A DNA stretch of 64,000 bases from Pachysolen tannophilus NRRL Y-2460 (taxonomy: Eukaryota), in the NCBI GenBank assembly GCA_001661245.1, contig KV454011.1, forward strand, positions 2,344,987 to 2,408,986, in the 5' to 3' direction. The notes below the pieces were generated by a model that was not told the DNA's origin, ran no database searches, and was given only the letters and a program-made list of their open reading frames with translations. Positions 58,406-64,000 of the stretch are shown here, one piece after another. Numbering within the stretch: position 1 is the first letter of the stretch; every line of letters begins with the position of its first letter. Both the position numbers and the translations under genes were made by a program.

Positions 58406-59623
58406 ATGGAGTCTTTTAATCATTCATCAGATCAATTGCTAGGAAGTAACAAACCTAATTATGTTGTTTATGATAAGGCCAATTTTTATATTGATTCAAG
58501 GTATCAAGTTCAGCATGTTTTGGGAAAGGGATCTTATGGAACGGTATGTTCAGCTGTGGATTTGAAATCTAGAGAAAATGTACCATTGGCAATTAAAAAA
58601 GTTTCTGATATTTTCACAAAAGAAGTTTTGTTGAAAAGAGCTTTGAGAGAATTAAAACTTATGAGATATTTTAAAGGACACAAGAATGTAAGGATTTAAC
58701 TTTGATATATACTTTTATTTATTTTTTTATGAAAAACTAACAATTGTTGCCTTTAGATAATTAATTTACTTGATTTAGATATCATTTATATTAAACCATA
58801 TGATGGTTTATATTGTTTCCAAGAATTAATTGATTATGATTTAGCAAGAGTTATTCATTCTTCTGTTCAATTTTCAGAATTTCATATTCAAAATTTTTTT
58901 TATCAAATTTTATGTGGTTTAAAATATATTCATTCAGCTGATGTTATTCATAGAGATTTAAAACCAGGAAATATTTTAGTTACAATTCAAGGAACTTTAA
59001 AAATTTGTGATTTTGGATTAGCTAGAGGAATTAATACCAAGTTCATAACAAAAGGATCAAAGGCAAGTCAAATTACAAATTATGTTGCTACAAGATGGTA
59101 TAGAGCACCAGAATTAATTCTTTCTCGTAAAAATTATTCAAAAGCTGTTGATATGTGGGCAGTTGGTTGTATATTGGCAGAATTATATGGACGTAGACCA
59201 CTTTTTGCAGGTAATGATCTGGTTCATCAAATTACTGAAATTGTTAAAGTTTTAGGTAGTCCATCTAAAGGCCTTGTTGATCGGTTTTCTTCAAAAATGG
59301 CTTTTGATTTTTTTGGACCACCAAAACCTCAATATAGAGCAATTTCTTGGGATCATATATATCCTTTTGCCTCTTGTGATGCTCATGCATTAATGACTAA
59401 TTTACTTTGTTGGGATGCTGAAAAAAGATATAATGTTGAACGTTGTCTTCAAGATATATTTGTTTCAAAATGTAGAGATTTAAACAATGAACCATCATGT
59501 GCAAGGCCTTTTGATTTTAGTTTTGAAAATCAAATTGAAAGTATGAACGATTTAAAAAAATTGTTACATGAAGAAGTAGAGAGTTTTAAAAGTGATCGCA
59601 TTAATTTTGGTAAAAAGTTGTAA
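58406..59623 (+). CDS. SMK1: Sporulation MAP kinase Smk1; exons 58406-58687 and 58757-59623
   Basis: [23 protein letters not shown] activation loop ([14 protein letters not shown]); intron 58688-58756 (GTAAGG / AACTAAC / TAG). Confidence 0.9.
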
Positions 59624-59714
59624 AATTTTTTTTTCTTTAATTGATTTATTATTTTTGGTTTCATTGTTTTGAGTTATTCTTGTTTACCTGCAATCATCAT
59701 AATTATTTTACAGT

Positions 59715-59747
<33 letters not shown>

Positions 59748-59957
59748 TTCATTTTATTAAATTGTAAAACTAACGTAGGAACACCTATTAAAAAGAACAG
59801 AGAACTGCAAAAAAAAAAAAAAAATGATAATGATATCAAACAAAAATTAAAAGAAAGATAGCAAATAATTGTTCTTATAACAAAAAAAACCAAAAAGAAA
59901 AAAACACAAAAAAAAACAAATAAAAAACAAAGAAAACATATTGCGATAGCAGCAGAT

Positions 59958-62588
59958 TCAACCAGAACACATTTCACATGCTTCTGGGTTATTTATAGCA
60001 CATGCAATAACTTTTGAACTGAAAATATCTGCCTCTGTCTCTTCAGTAGTAACAGTTTCTTCCAGAGCTTTTTCTTCTTCCTTTATTGGCTCTTCTTCTT
60101 TCTTTGCAGATGCTTCTTCTTTAGCTTTAATAGATAAGTTTTCAATAGAGTTACTCAATGAAGAAACTGAAGATTCAGTAGCTGGACTTGATTGTTTTGA
60201 AGATCCAGAAGATGAAATTTCAGCATTAGCAGTAATAACAAATTGACGTGGTTTGTAAATCTTTCTTTGCAATTGTGAAAGATCAGCAACACGTGAAGAA
60301 GCTTCTTTAGCTAAAACAGCATCAACTGTGAATTGAATAGCAGCTGAAGCGGCTTGAGTACGTAAGTAGTACATACCGGTTTTAAGACCTTTCTTCCAAC
60401 CGTAGAAATGCATACTGGTCAATTTACCCATTGTTGGAGCTTTAATATGGATATTAAGCGATTGTGACTGATCAATATAAGCAGCTCTTTCAGCAGCCAT
60501 ATCAATGATGTGTTTCTGGGAAAGTTCCCAGACAGTCTTATATAATGCTTTCAATTCATCTGGAACATTTGGCAAGTTTTGGATAGAACCATTATCTGAA
60601 ATAATGTGATTCTTCATAGCATCATTCCATAAACCGAGATCAACTAAATCTCTTAATAAGTAAGGATTGACAATTTGGAATTCACCTGCAAGAACTCTTC
60701 TAGAGTAAATATTTGAAGTATAAGGTTCAAAGCATTCATTGTAGCCCAAAATTTGTGAAGTCGAAGCAGTTGGCATAGGAGCAACCAATAAGGAATTTCT
60801 CATACCGGATTTTACAACTTTGGCTTTTAATGTATCCCATTCCCATAAATCAGTTGGCTTTTTATCCCATAAATCAAATTGTAACAAACCTTGAGATGCT
60901 GGTGAGCCTTGGAATGATTCATATGGGCCATCTTCTTGAGCTAATTCAACCGATGCTTCTACAGCAGCGTGGTAAATAGTTTCAAAAATTTGAATGTTTA
61001 ATTCTTTAGCTTCGACAGAATCAAATGGAACTCTTAAGATCATGAAAACATCTGCTAAACCTTGAACACCTAATGCAATTGGTCTATTTTTCATGTTCGA
61101 TCTTCTAGCTTCTTCGACAGGATAATAGTTTCTATCAATAACCTTATTCAAGTTTCTGGTTAAGACCTTAGCAATAGAATGCAATTTTTCAAAATTATAC
61201 CACGAATTGGTCTCATCAGATTCAATGAAAGCTGGTAAAGCAATTGAGGCCAAGTTACAAACAGCAGTTTGACCAGGATCTGAGTATTCAACAATTTCAC
61301 AACACAAGTTCGAAGATTTGATAGTACCCAAGTTCTTTTGGTTTGATTTCTTGTTACATGAATCTTTATATAACATGAATGGAGTACCAGTTTCAGTTTG
61401 TGCTTCCAAAATAGCGTACCATAATTTTTGTGCCTTGACAACATTTCTTGCTCTGCCTTCTTTTTCATATTTTTCATAAAGTTGTTTAAATTCATCACCA
61501 TAAACTTCCGGTAAACCTGGAGCCTCATTTGGAGAGAATAAACTCCAGTCTTCATTTTTTTCAACTCTTTCCATAAATAAATCAGGAATCCATAAAGCAG
61601 GGAATAAATCTCTTGCTCTAATTTCTTCTTTACCTTGATTCTTTCTGATGTCGATAAAGTCGAAAATGTCACTATGCCATGGTTCTAAATACAAAGCAAA
61701 AGCCCCTGGTCTCTTGTTACCACCTTGATCAACATATCTTGCAGTATTATTGAAAACTCTAATCATTGGAATGATACCATTTGAAGTACCATTAGTACCA
61801 GCAATGTAAGAACCAGTTGAACGAATGTTATGGATGTGTAAACCAATACCTCCAGCAGTTTTAGAAATCAAGGCACATTCTTTTAAAGTATCATAAATAC
61901 CTTCAATAGAATCTTCTTTCATGGCAACTAAAAAGCATGAAGACATTTGAGGACTTGGAGTACCAGCATTGAACAAAGTTGGAGAAGCATGAGTAAAATA
62001 TCTTTGAGACATTAAGTTATATGTTTCCAAGACTTTTGGAATATTTCTACCATGGATACCAATAGCAACTCTCATATTTAAATGTTGTGGTCTCTCAGCA
62101 ACTTTACCATTAATTCTTAACAAGTATGATCTTTCTAAAGTTTTGAACCCAAAATAGTTATAACTGAAATCACGGTCATAAACAATAGAAGAATTTAATT
62201 CTTCTGCATTTTCCATAACAATATCATAAGTTTCTTTTGAAACCATTGGTGAATGAATATTAGTTATTGGATTATAATAATTGTATAACTGAGAAACAAC
62301 TTCTGAAAATTGCTTTGTTGTTTGTTTATGCAAATTTGAAATTGCAATCCTAGCAGCCAAGACAGCATAATCAGGATGAATAGTAGTCATATATGCAGCA
62401 GTTTCAGCAGCCAAGTTATCCAACTCAATAGTGGTAACACCTTCATAAACACCAGAAATAACTCTCTGAGTTATAGCAACTGCGTCAACGTGTTTTGGAT
62501 CCAACCCATAACATAACCTAGAAACTCTTGCTGTTATTTTATCAAAACGAACTGGCTCCTTACGGCCATCTCTCTTAAGGACATACAT
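59958..62588 (-). CDS. RNR1: Ribonucleotide reductase large subunit
   Basis: [11 protein letters not shown]-cone, SSCFL, SNLCCEI, GMYYLRT, C-terminal CEMCSG. Confidence 0.98.
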   Translation of the reverse strand: MYVLKRDGRKEPVRFDKITARVSRLCYGLDPKHVDAVAITQRVISGVYEGVTTIELDNLAAETAAYMTTIHPDYAVLAARIAISNLHKQTTKQFSEVVSQLYNYYNPITNIHSPMVSKETYDIVMENAEELNSSIVYDRDFSYNYFGFKTLERSYLLRINGKVAERPQHLNMRVAIGIHGRNIPKVLETYNLMSQRYFTHASPTLFNAGTPSPQMSSCFLVAMKEDSIEGIYDTLKECALISKTAGGIGLHIHNIRSTGSYIAGTNGTSNGIIPMIRVFNNTARYVDQGGNKRPGAFALYLEPWHSDIFDFIDIRKNQGKEEIRARDLFPALWIPDLFMERVEKNEDWSLFSPNEAPGLPEVYGDEFKQLYEKYEKEGRARNVVKAQKLWYAILEAQTETGTPFMLYKDSCNKKSNQKNLGTIKSSNLCCEIVEYSDPGQTAVCNLASIALPAFIESDETNSWYNFEKLHSIAKVLTRNLNKVIDRNYYPVEEARRSNMKNRPIALGVQGLADVFMILRVPFDSVEAKELNIQIFETIYHAAVEASVELAQEDGPYESFQGSPASQGLLQFDLWDKKPTDLWEWDTLKAKVVKSGMRNSLLVAPMPTASTSQILGYNECFEPYTSNIYSRRVLAGEFQIVNPYLLRDLVDLGLWNDAMKNHIISDNGSIQNLPNVPDELKALYKTVWELSQKHIIDMAAERAAYIDQSQSLNIHIKAPTMGKLTSMHFYGWKKGLKTGMYYLRTQAASAAIQFTVDAVLAKEASSRVADLSQLQRKIYKPRQFVITANAEISSSGSSKQSSPATESSVSSLSNSIENLSIKAKEEASAKKEEEPIKEEEKALEETVTTEETEADIFSSKVIACAINNPEACEMCSG

Positions 62589-62697
62589 AATATATGTAGT
62601 TGAACTCTTATAATCTTTCAATCAAAAAAAAGAAAGATAAATAATAATAATAATAATAAGAATAAGAATATATTAGAAAACTAAATTCGATGGAAAG

Positions 62698-62755
62698 ACG
62701 CGTCTATTTATATATCGTCTTCAATTATTAATCAAACTGAAAAATTAAAACGCGT
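62698..62755. promoter_or_regulatory. Two MCB elements (ACGCGT 62698-62703, 62750-62755) upstream of RNR1
   Basis: Perfect MCB pair upstream of a classic MBF target. Confidence 0.7.
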
Positions 62756-63181
62756 TTTTAAAAATCTGTCACGTGATTAATTTTTAACGCGGAAATGGGA
62801 AATTTTGACACATTACAAAAGTAGTGCAATTTGCCCTTATTTGCATACTAAATTGCTAGGTTTGATGCGCTGATTAGGTCTATGGAAACGGGAAAAAAAC
62901 GTGTTTGGATTCGGAGAATAATGGTTTGTTTACCTTTTCCCCTTTTCGCTCAATATATGTTTATGTCCCGAAAAGTTTTAATCTGATCTATCTAGGTGGA
63001 AAACTACAAGCAGATCATCGGAAGATACATAGATTATGAGAGAGGTTTTTTTTTTTTTGGTTTCTTGATTAACTTGATCCGATAAAATGCAAATTATTAT
63101 ATTATAGCCTCAATACTGGGGGTTTTTATTTTATTTTTATATAAGCTAATTTTTCAAAATAGCTAGGGTTCAAACGGTATT

Positions 63182-63574
63182 TTATTGAATTTGGTTATAA
63201 TGAGCATCTTTATCTATATAATTAAAATGGTTTGAATCTTCTAATGGGAATATCATTTTTTCAATGGTAGTTTCCAATTTTTGTTTAAAAAGTGGTATGA
63301 AATGACGTTTTGCATAATGCGTATCTTGTTGTTTCTCAATTTCTTCACTGTTTGCAGTCTTGGGTATACATAAAAGTAAGCCATCTTTTTGAGCAAAATC
63401 CAATTCCACACCATTGTCATCATTTTCCAATGACATTGATAAAAATTGCTTGTTTTTCTTACCAATGTGAGTCTTAGTTGAATACTGTTTTATGGAAAGT
63501 ATCTTCTCCTTTGTATCTTTAGTCAGAAACATAAAAGATGAAGTTTCCGGTGGGACTGTTGAATCTTGATTCAT
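63182..63574 (-). CDS. Hypothetical protein (possibly the 3' part of a larger gene)
   Basis: 130-aa open frame with coding-like composition; no family recognised; in-frame stop just upstream at 63584-63586. Confidence 0.3.
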   Translation of the reverse strand: MNQDSTVPPETSSFMFLTKDTKEKILSIKQYSTKTHIGKKNKQFLSMSLENDDNGVELDFAQKDGLLLCIPKTANSEEIEKQQDTHYAKRHFIPLFKQKLETTIEKMIFPLEDSNHFNYIDKDAHYNQIQ

Positions 63575-64000
63575 CGCCAAAAGCTATTTCCTTCAAGTAA
63601 ACTTTTTCAAATCTAGTAGGCTGTCTACTAAGACTAATCAATAATCTTTTTTTAAACCTTTACTCATAAAGGTGAAATCATTTCTGAAAGCCAGTGCAGT
63701 GAAAAGAAAAGAAAGAAAAAGTATTAGCCAATGATACGGTATACAAAAGCTAGCTTTAAAACTAAACTACTCAAAATTGTTTAACCTTGTTTTATTGTAG
63801 ACTTTCAAAAAGCAAATAGAAAAAAAAAAGAAAATTATTCACTTCAGGTAGCCAACAATAAGAAGTTAAATTCACAGTCAATGTCAACTTTCTTTTTGTG
63901 TTGCGAGATGAGATAAGATTAGGATTTTAATAACCAAGACAAAACCTCATGCGGCTGTAAAAGAAAGTTCAAAGAATAGCAGCATGGAAAGAAAACAACA

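Noticed and set aside
1..64000. CRISPR arrays, transposons, prokaryotic operon features
   Set aside because: Eukaryotic housekeeping region; no spaced repeats, transposase or reverse transcriptase ORFs seen.

Overview
AT-rich budding-yeast (Saccharomycotina) chromosomal DNA with one assembly gap (13024-13573). In-frame CTG codons fall at conserved Ala positions, which points to the CUG-Ala clade (Pachysolen-like, translation table 26), so the supplied translations are wrong at CTG. The window holds about 32 mostly housekeeping genes in blocks syntenic with S. cerevisiae, plus 2 tRNAs (Tyr-GUA with intron, Ser-GCU). At least 12 short spliceosomal introns occur in 9 genes. Two genes the ORF track misses or truncates were rebuilt by splicing: a 4-exon TOA2 and a 3-exon 72-aa HSBP1-like coiled-coil gene. 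The main oddity is asparagine synthetase, split into two intact but divergently oriented halves by a ~1.05-kb inversion bounded by a 6-bp inverted repeat (real inversion or misassembly). Other points: an RNase III with two dsRBDs (Dcr1-type) at the RNT1 locus, a recurrent GTAGTG promoter motif, two poly-A frameshifts that are probably sequencing errors, and several palindromes. Gene names come from recognised motifs, not database searches.
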